This document shows positions 1 to 7,753 of a stretch of DNA of 35,316 nt, one piece after another. Each line of letters opens with the position of its first letter. The stretch's first letter is position 1. The translations under genes were made by a program, and so were the position numbers. The DNA is from Candidatus Micrarchaeota archaeon (GTDB lineage Archaea; B1Sed10-29; JAJRYS01). The DNA lies in contig CAZBZN010000006.1 of assembly GCA_964496415.1 (NCBI GenBank), positions 1-35,316 on the forward strand, written 5' to 3'. The notes below the pieces were generated by a model. That model saw only the letters and a program-made list of their open reading frames with translations. It was not told the origin of the DNA and made no database searches.

Positions 1-1
1 T

Positions 2-1516
2 TATTATAGTTACTGCTAATCCAATTATTTTCTTTTTAATATTTTTATCCAGTTTTTTTCTTTCAATTTTTTGTTCTTGTTCTTCTTTTTTCAATACTCC
101 AGTGTCTACTAAGTAATCTATTGCAAATGAAATAAGTTCTTTTGAGTATTTCATTTCTGAGGAAAGTTTTTCAAGGTCTACTTCTCCTTTTTCTTCTTTT
201 ATCTTTTGCAGTACTTCATTTATGAAAGGATCTTTGACTTCTTCTTTTAGGATGTTGTACTTACCGCTTATTACTTCTTCTTTGATTAGTTTTTCTCCTT
301 TAGTAATTTCTTTTGTAAGGGTTTTAGCTTTTAATTGAACTATGAATAAGACTATTGCTGCTGTTGAAAGGACTAATATTAAGTATAAAAAGTAATGACT
401 TTCTCCAATTTCTTTAACCCATTTAGTGCTTTCATAAAAGTCTTCTGTCGTGTTTCCTTTAAGGGTAATTGTTTTTCCAGTAGGCTCTTCAAAGATTATT
501 TTATAACCTGGACTGCTTTTTATTCCAGCATAAGGATCAATGTCCTGCCAGTAATTATAGTATGCTCTTATCCATGAGTACATTTTTGAGTCTTTTTTCC
601 CGATTATTACTTTGCAGGGAAGTTCAAGTTTTTTACAGAGTTCTTTTGCGTAAGCAGTCATTCCAAGACTGTCTTTTTCACTTTCAAGGTTGACTTTTTT
701 TATTAAAGCAAATTCAGGGTCAGTGCTTTTTTTAGCATCTCTTAAAGCATTTAATAAGGTCTTTAGTTTGTCACCTGAATTAGTTACTTGCCTTACTCTC
801 CCGCTTGTTGTTATTATCTTATTAAAAGTTAATGGGTAAAGTTCTGTAGGGTAATCCTTTTTCTGCGTGGTGGAGTAAAAAGGATAAAAGTACACGTCGT
901 AATAGAATTTTTTGCCAGGTTCTAAGTTTACTGTTATCATAAGAGAATAACTTTCAGATGAAGTGACAGGAATCCCACTTACTGGAAGAGGATAACTTGC
1001 TTTCACGCCAAGACAAGGCCCTGCAAGTCCTTTTGAAAATACTAAGTAGTTTTCTTTTTTCTTGCTTAAAGCTGATGGAAAAAGAATACTGCCACTGTTA
1101 ATCAACCTTATAGGATAGCTTATTGATATTGTTTTTTTTCTTTTTCCAAGATTTATTACTTCGATTCTCGTTTTCACGTACTCATCATTGAATTCTATGT
1201 TTTCTTTTATGTTTATGTCTTCTTTTAAGTTTTCAAACTCAAACAAGTACCTGTTTTTTAACCCGCTTAGCATTTCTTCTTTTATTGTTGGCGAGAAAGT
1301 ATAAGCTTTTCCAGAAATCGACACTACTGGAACTACATTTATCTCATACGCATTGTTTATTATAACTGGTTTTGAGAGCACTGCAGGTGCTTTTGCAACA
1401 TAGTTTTCTCCTACTATTATGAATCCTTCTTCATGAAGCCCAAGACTTTTTATCGCGAGACCCTGGCTTGATAGGATTAAGATGATTATGATCATGTGGG
1501 CTTTTTTTATTTTCAT
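2..1516 (-). CDS. Secreted/membrane-anchored protein with degenerate transglutaminase-like domain (partial, runs off the left edge; not in ORF track)
   Basis: ATG at 1516 overlaps the thpR stop (ATGA). Signal peptide MKIKKAHMIIIILILSSQGLA. The same frame gives ...DSLGMTAYAKELCKKLELPCKVIIG...MYSWIRAYYNYWQDIDPY (TGase-like spacing), a TM helix YFLYLILVLSTAAIVLFIV, and a second hydrophobic stretch at the edge. I translated the two ends by hand; the middle was not checked codon by codon. Confidence 0.75.
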   Translation of the reverse strand, partial: MKIKKAHMIIIILILSSQGLAIKSLGLHEEGFIIVGENYVAKAPAVLSKPVIINNAYEINVVPVVSISGKAYTFSPTIKEEMLSGLKNRYLFEFENLKEDINIKENIEFNDEYVKTRIEVINLGKRKKTISISYPIRLINSGSILFPSALSKKKENYLVFSKGLAGPCLGVKASYPLPVSGIPVTSSESYSLMITVNLEPGKKFYYDVYFYPFYSTTQKKDYPTELYPLTFNKIITTSGRVRQVTNSGDKLKTLLNALRDAKKSTDPEFALIKKVNLESEKDSLGMTAYAKELCKKLELPCKVIIGKKDSKMYSWIRAYYNYWQDIDPYAGIKSSPGYKIIFEEPTGKTITLKGNTTEDFYESTKWVKEIGESHYFLYLILVLSTAAIVLFIVQLKAKTLTKEITKGEKLIKEEVISGKYNILKEEVKDPFINEVLQKIKEEKGEVDLEKLSSEMKYSKELISFAIDYLVDTGVLKKEEQEQKIERKKLDKNIKKKIIGLAVTII

Positions 1517-2052
1517 AATTCCACCTCAAACAAGGTCTCGTAGGTAGGACCTGCCTTATTTAATGTGCTTTTTATCAGTTCTATCTTATTAACCTTAACT
1601 TCTAATTTTAAGCTCTCGGCTAATTCCAATATTTTGTTCACGAGTTTTTCATCTGGTTTTTTCTTACATCTTGCAAGAGTGATGTGTGGAATGAATTCTC
1701 TTTTTTCTTTTAAGAAACCTATTTTTTCAAGCTTTTCTTCTAACTGTTTTTGAAGCTTGTTTAGTTCGTTAGCTTCTGCTTTTAGAAAAATCACTCTTAT
1801 GAAGCTCTTGCTTGGGAAAAAACCGACTCCTGTTACTTTTACTTTAAACGGGCGCTCTTTTATGGTTTTTAAAATTTTAGTTACTTCGTCGTATTGGCTT
1901 TTGCTTATTTCTCCTAAGAACTTTAAGTTAATATGAAGGTTTTCAGGCTCTACTGCTTTTATTCCCTTTTCTTTTTTAAGCAGATCTAGTATTTCGATTA
2001 TTTTTTCGTTACTTGGGATTCTTATTCCTATAAATGCTCTCATGTTATTCAT
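1513..2052 (-). CDS. thpR: RNA 2',3'-cyclic phosphodiesterase (2H family, LigT/ThpR)
   Basis: MRAFIGI start (ATG 2043 is an alternative start), ENLHINLKFLG, FIPHITLAR, KSTL...GPTYE. Confidence 0.92.
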   Translation of the reverse strand: MNNMRAFIGIRIPSNEKIIEILDLLKKEKGIKAVEPENLHINLKFLGEISKSQYDEVTKILKTIKERPFKVKVTGVGFFPSKSFIRVIFLKAEANELNKLQKQLEEKLEKIGFLKEKREFIPHITLARCKKKPDEKLVNKILELAESLKLEVKVNKIELIKSTLNKAGPTYETLFEVEL

Positions 2053-2078
2053 AAGGAGCGCTGGGTTTAAAATTTCTT

Positions 2079-2759
2079 CTAAATTCCTCTAATCTCTACT
2101 TTTTTGACATAAGCTTTCATTATTTCAGCAAATTCCTTAAGTTTTTTTGGAGGATAAGGGACAACATGGTTTGCTGCCAGCGTGTGTTTGTTTCTGAATT
2201 GCTGAAGGTAGTATTTTTCAGCTCCTTTTATTAGTTCCCCTATTTCATGAAAGTCTTGTTCTTTTAATGCTGGAAAGACAGTTGTTCTAAACTCATATTC
2301 TGGAGCTTTTTTCATTATTAATCCAATGCTTGAGGCTATTGCTTTTTCATCAACTTTGACTCCTGCTATTAATTCATATTTTTTTAGTGGTGCTTTGACA
2401 TCCATTGCAACATAATTAACTATTCCTAAGTCAAGGATTTGCTTAAGCATTTTAGGATTTGACCCATTAGTGTCAAGTTTTATTAAAAAACCCAGTTCAC
2501 GTACTTTTTCAATGAATTCAATCAAATCAAACTGAAGAGTGGGTTCTCCTCCTGTTATTTCAACAGCATCAATTACTCCTTTTCTTTTTTCCAAGAAAGA
2601 GAAAACTTCTTTTTCAGGAATCAAATGTTGTGAGCCGTTTATTATTTCAAAATTATGGCAGTAAGGGCATCTAAAGTTGCATCTTGGAGTAAATACTATG
2701 CTGCAGGCTTTTCCAGGGTAGTCTATGAAGGAGAGTTTTTCAAACCCAGCGATTTCCAT
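2079..2759 (-). CDS. nrdG: Anaerobic ribonucleoside-triphosphate reductase activating enzyme (radical SAM)
   Basis: SFIDYPG, CNFRCPYCHN (CxxxCxxC), ITGGEPTLQ, KLDTNGSNP, YEFRTT; lies downstream of nrdD. Confidence 0.93.
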   Translation of the reverse strand: MEIAGFEKLSFIDYPGKACSIVFTPRCNFRCPYCHNFEIINGSQHLIPEKEVFSFLEKRKGVIDAVEITGGEPTLQFDLIEFIEKVRELGFLIKLDTNGSNPKMLKQILDLGIVNYVAMDVKAPLKKYELIAGVKVDEKAIASSIGLIMKKAPEYEFRTTVFPALKEQDFHEIGELIKGAEKYYLQQFRNKHTLAANHVVPYPPKKLKEFAEIMKAYVKKVEIRGI

Positions 2760-2769
2760 GGTTTCACTG

Positions 2770-2898
2770 TCACATGCTTATTTTTACGTATGCCCTGTTC
2801 TTGAATTCTTCTTGTTTTCCATCATTCCACTGGTTTACAGGCCTTAAATAACCAACAATCCTTGAATACACCTCACATTTTGTTCTTTTCCCGTTCAT
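2770..2898 (-). CDS. Stand-alone glycyl-radical domain of class III RNR, 42 aa (MNGKRTKCEVYSRIVGYLRPVNQWNDGKQEEFKNRAYVKISM); not in ORF track
   Basis: Hand translation. Carries the NrdD radical motif YSRIVGYLRP and W-N-x-G-K-x-x-E-F. SD GGAGGTGA lies 7 nt before the ATG, which overlaps the nrdD TGA. Confidence 0.93.
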   Translation of the reverse strand: MNGKRTKCEVYSRIVGYLRPVNQWNDGKQEEFKNRAYVKISM

Positions 2899-4928
2899 TT
2901 TAAAGTCACCTCCACTTTTGCAACGTCTTTTACACCCATTTCAGCATCGCATATTGGGCAGTATTCATGTTCTCCAGGAAGATACCCGTGAATAGGACAA
3001 ATACTAAAAGTAGGAGTAATTGAAAGGTAAGGAAGTTGGTATCTTGAAAATACTTTACGTACTATTGTTTTTGCAGCTTCCTTGCTTAATCTTTCACCTA
3101 TAAAAGCATGGTATACTGTTCCTCCAGTGTATTTTGTTTGCAGTGGGTCTTGATGGTCAAGGATTTCAAACAAGTCAGCATTCCAATCAACAGGAGGAAG
3201 ACTTGAATTAGTGTAATAAGGTTTTGCTCCTTTTTTTACCTGTTCTTCGTTAGCCACGATTATTTCAGGATATTTTTTCTTATCTATTCTTGCCAGCCTG
3301 TAACTGGTTCCTTCTGCTGGAGTAGCTTCTAAGTTGAATAATTGACCTGTTTCTTCTTGGAACTCGCTTATTCTTTCTCTCATGAACTCAAGAACTCTTA
3401 TAGCAAATTCATGTCCTTGTTTTGATATGATGCTTTCACCTAACAAGTTTAAGCAGGCCTCGTTCATGCCTACTAAACCAATTGTTGAGAAGTGATTTTT
3501 CCAGTACTGTCCATAAGCTTGTTTTATTGATCTAAGGTAAAATCTTGAATAAGGATAAAGTCCCTGTTCAGTGTATCTTTCAATTATTTTTCTTTTTATT
3601 ATCAGAGAGTCTTTTGCAAGAATCATTAATTGTTCCAGTTTTTCGAAGAATTCAGTTTCATCTTTACTTAGGAAACCAATTCTCGGAAGGTTTATTGTTA
3701 CTACCCCTATGCTTCCAGTTAATGGGTTTGCTCCAAACAACCCGCCTCCTTTTTTCTTAAGTTCACGGGTGTCTAATCTTAGCCTGCAGCACATTGACCT
3801 TGCGTCTTCAGGTTTCATGTCAGAATTCACGAAATTAGCAAAGTAAGGAATGCCATACTTTCCAGTCATTTCCCAAAGAGCATCTAGTCTTTCATCATCC
3901 CATGGGAAGTCTTTTGTAATGTTATAAGTTGGAATTGGAAAAGTAAATGGTCTTCCGTTAGCGTCTCCTTCCATCATTACTTCTGCAAAAGCCCTGTTTA
4001 TCATGTCCATTTCTTCTTGGAATTCTCCATAAGTTTTGTCCATTATTTTTCCGCCGATTACTACTCCAACATTTTTTAGGTAAGAAGGAGGTTCTAAGTC
4101 AAGGGTTATGTTAGTGAAGGGAGTTTGGAATCCAACTCTTGTAGGGACGTTAACATTGTAAATGAACTCTTGCATGATTTGTTTTACTTCTTTATATTCA
4201 AGTTTATCATAGTAAATGAAAGGAGCTATGAGAGTATCAAAATTTGAAAATGCTTGAGCTCCTGCTGCTTCTCCTTGTAATGTGTAGAAAAAGTTAACTA
4301 CTTGCCCTAACAAGGCTCTTAAGTGTTTAGCTGGTCTTGAACTTATTTTTCCAGGCACTCCTGTAAAGCCGGTTATTATTAGGTCTTGAAGGTCCCAGCC
4401 AACGCAGTAAGCTGCCAGTGTTCCTAAGTCATGAATGTGGAAGTCTCCTTCTTTGTGTGCTTTGGCAATGTTCTCTGGATAGACTTTATTAAGCCAGTAG
4501 TTTGCTACTATTGTTGAAGAAATGTGAAAGTTTAATCCTTGTAAGGAGTAGGTCATGTTGGCATTTTCTTTTACTCTCCAATCTATTTGGTGTAAGTATG
4601 AGTCAATGATGTCAAAGTCATGCATCATTGCAGCGAACTCTCTTAGTTCAGCATGCTTTTTTCTATAGATTATGTATGCTTTTGCTGTTGCAGCATGCCC
4701 TTCTTCTATCAGTACTTTTTCAACAACTTCTTGGATGTCTTCAATTCCAGGAATGTTTATTTCATCGTACTTTTTGCTTAGTTTTTCAACAACTATTTCT
4801 GTGAGTCTTTCAGCTTCTTTTCTGTCTTTTCCCCCTACTGCTTGCGCTGCTTTAAAAATAGCATCTGTTATTTTTGTCTTGTCAAAGTCAACGATTCTAC
4901 CGTCTCTTTTTCTTACTTTGGTGAGCAT
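2895..4928 (-). CDS. nrdD: Class III anaerobic ribonucleoside-triphosphate reductase, catalytic subunit lacking the C-terminal glycyl-radical domain
   Basis: N-terminal ATP cone (VRKRDGRIVDFD), HIHDL, AYCVGW, finger loop RSMCCRL, NLEATPAEGTSYRLA, YYTNSS, YTGGTVYH, Zn site CPIH...CPIC. It then stops with no RxxGY motif. Confidence 0.95.
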   Translation of the reverse strand: MLTKVRKRDGRIVDFDKTKITDAIFKAAQAVGGKDRKEAERLTEIVVEKLSKKYDEINIPGIEDIQEVVEKVLIEEGHAATAKAYIIYRKKHAELREFAAMMHDFDIIDSYLHQIDWRVKENANMTYSLQGLNFHISSTIVANYWLNKVYPENIAKAHKEGDFHIHDLGTLAAYCVGWDLQDLIITGFTGVPGKISSRPAKHLRALLGQVVNFFYTLQGEAAGAQAFSNFDTLIAPFIYYDKLEYKEVKQIMQEFIYNVNVPTRVGFQTPFTNITLDLEPPSYLKNVGVVIGGKIMDKTYGEFQEEMDMINRAFAEVMMEGDANGRPFTFPIPTYNITKDFPWDDERLDALWEMTGKYGIPYFANFVNSDMKPEDARSMCCRLRLDTRELKKKGGGLFGANPLTGSIGVVTINLPRIGFLSKDETEFFEKLEQLMILAKDSLIIKRKIIERYTEQGLYPYSRFYLRSIKQAYGQYWKNHFSTIGLVGMNEACLNLLGESIISKQGHEFAIRVLEFMRERISEFQEETGQLFNLEATPAEGTSYRLARIDKKKYPEIIVANEEQVKKGAKPYYTNSSLPPVDWNADLFEILDHQDPLQTKYTGGTVYHAFIGERLSKEAAKTIVRKVFSRYQLPYLSITPTFSICPIHGYLPGEHEYCPICDAEMGVKDVAKVEVTLK

Positions 4929-4967
4929 GACTAATCACTTTAAGTCTTTTTTCAGGAGAATTTGGTT

Positions 4968-5078
4968 TTACTGGAGGGGAATGCTGGGTGAGCCTTCTTC
5001 ATCCAGTGGTTTTGTTTCTTTGAAGTAAACTTTTATTACTTCTCCTCTTACATTTTCAATTGTTTTTACTGTAAGCAT
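4968..5078 (-). CDS. Putative 36-aa leader/small protein upstream of nrdD (MLTVKTIENVRGEVIKVYFKETKPLDEEGSPSIPLQ); not in ORF track
   Basis: ATG 5078 preceded by strong SD GGAGGGG, stop TAA at 4968-4970; fills the gap between the nrd promoter and nrdD. Confidence 0.55.
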   Translation of the reverse strand: MLTVKTIENVRGEVIKVYFKETKPLDEEGSPSIPLQ

Positions 5079-5092
5079 TTTCTCCCCTCCAG
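4971..5092. repeat. Inverted repeat flanking the leader ORF
   Basis: ctggagggga (4971-4980) and tcccctccag (5083-5092) form a perfect 10-bp inverted repeat, extendable by atgct/agcat across a 4-nt bulge. Confidence 0.75.
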
Positions 5093-5094
5093 CA

Positions 5095-5141
5095 TTAGGC
5101 TGGTTAACAATCCTAAATCAACTATTATTTATTAATAAATA
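5095..5141 (-). promoter_or_regulatory. Putative nrd operon promoter with palindromic sites
   Basis: Perfect AT palindrome tatttattaataaata (5126-5141) containing a TATA-like box. Imperfect 22-bp palindrome ttaggctggttaacaatcctaa (5095-5116, 9/11 pairs) at the expected transcription start. Confidence 0.5.
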
Positions 5142-5157
5142 GGTTTGTTTTTCTAAC

Positions 5158-7005
5158 TTAGAATAGTTTTAAGAATAAGATTTCCTTACTTTTCAAAAGA
5201 TTTTTGTCACTAGTTTCGTAGAATGAGCCTGCATTATACAAAGGCTGTAAGGCAGAAAGCACGTCAATAAGCTTTTCATCATCAAGCTCTTGAAAGAAAG
5301 AAGACCTTGAAATATCCTCTTCAATCCCATGCTTTTTATTCTCAGCAGTGAATCTAGTAAGAGCATTAACGTTGTCAGACTCTCCTACAAGAACATGAAT
5401 CCCTTCTTCTTTTTTAAACTCCCTCAGCTTTTTATGAGTAAATCTTAGAATTCTTTCAGAAAAAACAAGACACTCTTTGTCATAATTCTCTTTTTTCAAG
5501 AAGAGCTTTGCTGCTGCAGAAAGACCTGTGAACAACACTACTCCTTTAAATCTTTCAATTTCAGCAACTGGTTTGCCTTCAAAACTCTGAGCAAGAAACT
5601 CAAGCATTTTCGTCTTGTAAGCTTTTTCTTTTACGAGTTTAAGTTTTAGTTTTACAGTTTCTTTAGTAAGTTCAAGCAATCTGCCTAATTTTTCATAAAA
5701 AGCATTATCATCAGGGTTTAATTTAGCTACTTTAGGCAAGTTAAGTGAAACTGTTTGAATAATGCCAGAACCAAGCCCATGCAATGAGTTCTCTTGAAAA
5801 GTCAAGTTTTCAACAAGAGAACTGTTTTTCATTTCTTGTCTTATATAATAAACAGGCCTTAGTTCTTTATCAATGAGTTTCTCAGGAACTTTGTTTCTAA
5901 GCTTCAAGCACACTGAAGGATGTCTGAATTCTCTTCCACTGTAATCTCCTTTTTTCATCATGTCTATGAAAACCTCAGCCAAAAGCAAGGCTTCATCATA
6001 ATAATTTTCATAAGTGTTTTTCTCTTCTCCTTTAGGGCCTATTGCTTTTTCTTCTTTCAAGAACTCAGGAAGCTCTACTTCAAGGTTTATTGCAAAAGTG
6101 TTATCATAATAATTAGCCCTGTTCAATTCATAAAGAAAAGTCTGGCAATACTGTTTTACCTGTTTTTTGCTTTTTCTACTAATGAAAGGCGCTAAGAAAA
6201 AATTAAAGAAGTCAAACCCGATTCCTCTTGCAACATAACTCTTTGCAGTGGTTAGAAACCTTGCGGCATGACTCATAGCCACTTCAGGATTTTTAGCAGG
6301 ACCAGTAGTAACCACTCCTGGCAAGACAAAACCATGCTTCAACAACACTCTCAAGTCAGGGTTAAACGCATAAGGCAAAGTAGCAAAATCCTCAATAGCA
6401 TGAATGTACAAGTCAGAACTAAGATAAGCAAGGCTAACCTCTTTTGAAAGAAGCTTGTTGATTACAAATTCCTCCATTATCCTATTGCCAAAAAGCTCAT
6501 TAAGCTCACCAGGGCTTTTTACTTCTTTCTTATCAATGATTCTCTTAATGTCAAACACTGGAATTCCAGCACGAGTATAATTGCTTTGAGCATTGATTAA
6601 TTTTCTTTCAAGCAACTCAGCATTAACCAACTCCCTAATCAAACTTGTTGAAGCAGTTCTAATTTGAGCCCTTCTGATTTCTTTTTCAACTTCTTTAGCA
6701 ATATCTTCTGCTATTGCTTTTGGTATTCTTGTTTCCTTTATGAGAGACTTTGTAATCTTATCCCTATTAAAAGTTTCAAGCACATGACTAGAAGTGATAA
6801 CTTCAATGGAATGATAACTTTCAAACTGAGAAGCAGCTTCACTGTCTATTTCTTTTAAAACACTTAGTATCTTTTTGTTGATCTCTAAGTCAGTTGCTTT
6901 TTCAGAAAGCTTTCCTTTAAGTCTTAAAGCTGCTTCTGATGCAATCCAAAAGCTTACTCCAGCTTGCCGGCATTTTTCAATAACAACATTCTCTGAAACA
7001 GCCAT
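5158..7005 (-). CDS. NrdD-like protein with tandem ATP-cone-like domains, apparently catalytically inactive
   Basis: ATP cone VITSSHVLETFNRDKITKSLIKET...LIRELVNAELL, YTRAGIPVFD, GPAKN, GIGFDFFNFFLAPF and TVSLNLPK resemble archaeal NrdD. No finger-loop Cys, Zn site or RxxGY motif. Confidence 0.75.
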   Translation of the reverse strand: MAVSENVVIEKCRQAGVSFWIASEAALRLKGKLSEKATDLEINKKILSVLKEIDSEAASQFESYHSIEVITSSHVLETFNRDKITKSLIKETRIPKAIAEDIAKEVEKEIRRAQIRTASTSLIRELVNAELLERKLINAQSNYTRAGIPVFDIKRIIDKKEVKSPGELNELFGNRIMEEFVINKLLSKEVSLAYLSSDLYIHAIEDFATLPYAFNPDLRVLLKHGFVLPGVVTTGPAKNPEVAMSHAARFLTTAKSYVARGIGFDFFNFFLAPFISRKSKKQVKQYCQTFLYELNRANYYDNTFAINLEVELPEFLKEEKAIGPKGEEKNTYENYYDEALLLAEVFIDMMKKGDYSGREFRHPSVCLKLRNKVPEKLIDKELRPVYYIRQEMKNSSLVENLTFQENSLHGLGSGIIQTVSLNLPKVAKLNPDDNAFYEKLGRLLELTKETVKLKLKLVKEKAYKTKMLEFLAQSFEGKPVAEIERFKGVVLFTGLSAAAKLFLKKENYDKECLVFSERILRFTHKKLREFKKEEGIHVLVGESDNVNALTRFTAENKKHGIEEDISRSSFFQELDDEKLIDVLSALQPLYNAGSFYETSDKNLLKSKEILFLKLF

Positions 7006-7041
7006 GAACTTATTTAAACATTCAGGGTTAAATAAAACCTT
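7006..7041. promoter_or_regulatory. Compact divergent promoter
   Basis: 36-bp gap between divergent ATGs, with TATA-like tatttaaa and ttaaataaa each roughly 25 nt from one start, implying leaderless transcripts. Confidence 0.5.
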
Positions 7042-7461
7042 ATGGACTTAACAGAAAATGATAGAAAAATTCTTGAACTTTTATCCAAAGACTCAAGAGC
7101 CTCTTATACAGACCTTTCAAAAGAACTTGGAATCTCAGATGTTGCAGTAAAAAAAAGAATAGACAAGCTTCTTTCAGAAGGAGTTATAAAAAACTTCACA
7201 ATAAACATTGACTATGAAAAACTTGGAAAACCAGTTTACGGCATAGTTCTTCTAAAGATTATTCCAAAAGAATTAGAAAGAGTGAAAGCCTTTCTTGAAA
7301 AAACAGAGGAAATAATAAGCAAAAAAAGAGTGCTTGGAGAATATGATTTCATAATAGAAATAGCAGCAGAGAGCATTACAAAACTTAAGGAATTCATAGA
7401 AGAAAAACTTGGAAATGTTAAAGGGGTAATAGAAACAAACACCCTGATTTTGGTAGAGTAA
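7042..7461 (+). CDS. Lrp/AsnC family transcriptional regulator
   Basis: DRKILELLSKDSRASYTDLSKELGISDVAVKKRIDKL HTH, GVIKNFT, and a GEYDF RAM domain. Confidence 0.93.
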   Translation: MDLTENDRKILELLSKDSRASYTDLSKELGISDVAVKKRIDKLLSEGVIKNFTINIDYEKLGKPVYGIVLLKIIPKELERVKAFLEKTEEIISKKRVLGEYDFIIEIAAESITKLKEFIEEKLGNVKGVIETNTLILVE

Positions 7462-7462
7462 A

Positions 7463-7753
7463 ATGAAAATCGAATGCGAAGTAAGACCAACAGAAGACAA
7501 AGAAAAACTCAAAAAGATGCTTTCAGCAGTATTCAAAGGAGTAAAATTCAAAGAAGAACAAGGAAAAATAACAGGCGAGATTTCAGAAAAAGATTTCCTC
7601 TCACTCTGCGAAGAAAAACAAACACTGATAATCCCACAAATGCTTGAAGAAAACAAAGAAGTAAAACTAAGCAAGCTAGCCTTATTTGCCGGAAAACTCG
7701 TCCCAGATGAAGATTTTCCGTTGGGGGCAGTTGTAGTAAAAAAGGAAAATTAA
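7463..7753 (+). CDS. UPF0201-like putative RNA-binding protein
   Basis: EVRPTEDKEK N-terminus; K-x-A-x-F-A-G-K and PLG near the C-terminus. Confidence 0.65.
   Translation: MKIECEVRPTEDKEKLKKMLSAVFKGVKFKEEQGKITGEISEKDFLSLCEEKQTLIIPQMLEENKEVKLSKLALFAGKLVPDEDFPLGAVVVKKEN

Noticed and set aside
2845..2897. Selenocysteine or readthrough of the nrdD TGA
   Set aside because: The in-frame continuation (TGKEQNVRCIQGLLVI*) has no NrdD similarity; the radical motif is in the -1 frame.
2770..4928. nrdD as a frameshifted pseudogene
   Set aside because: The break falls at a domain boundary with a well-spaced SD, an ATG and an ATGA overlap, and all motifs and nrdG are intact. An assembly indel cannot be fully excluded without reads.
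4971..5092. MITE with terminal inverted repeats
   Set aside because: No target-site duplication, no second copy and no transposase in the window; one arm coincides with an SD.
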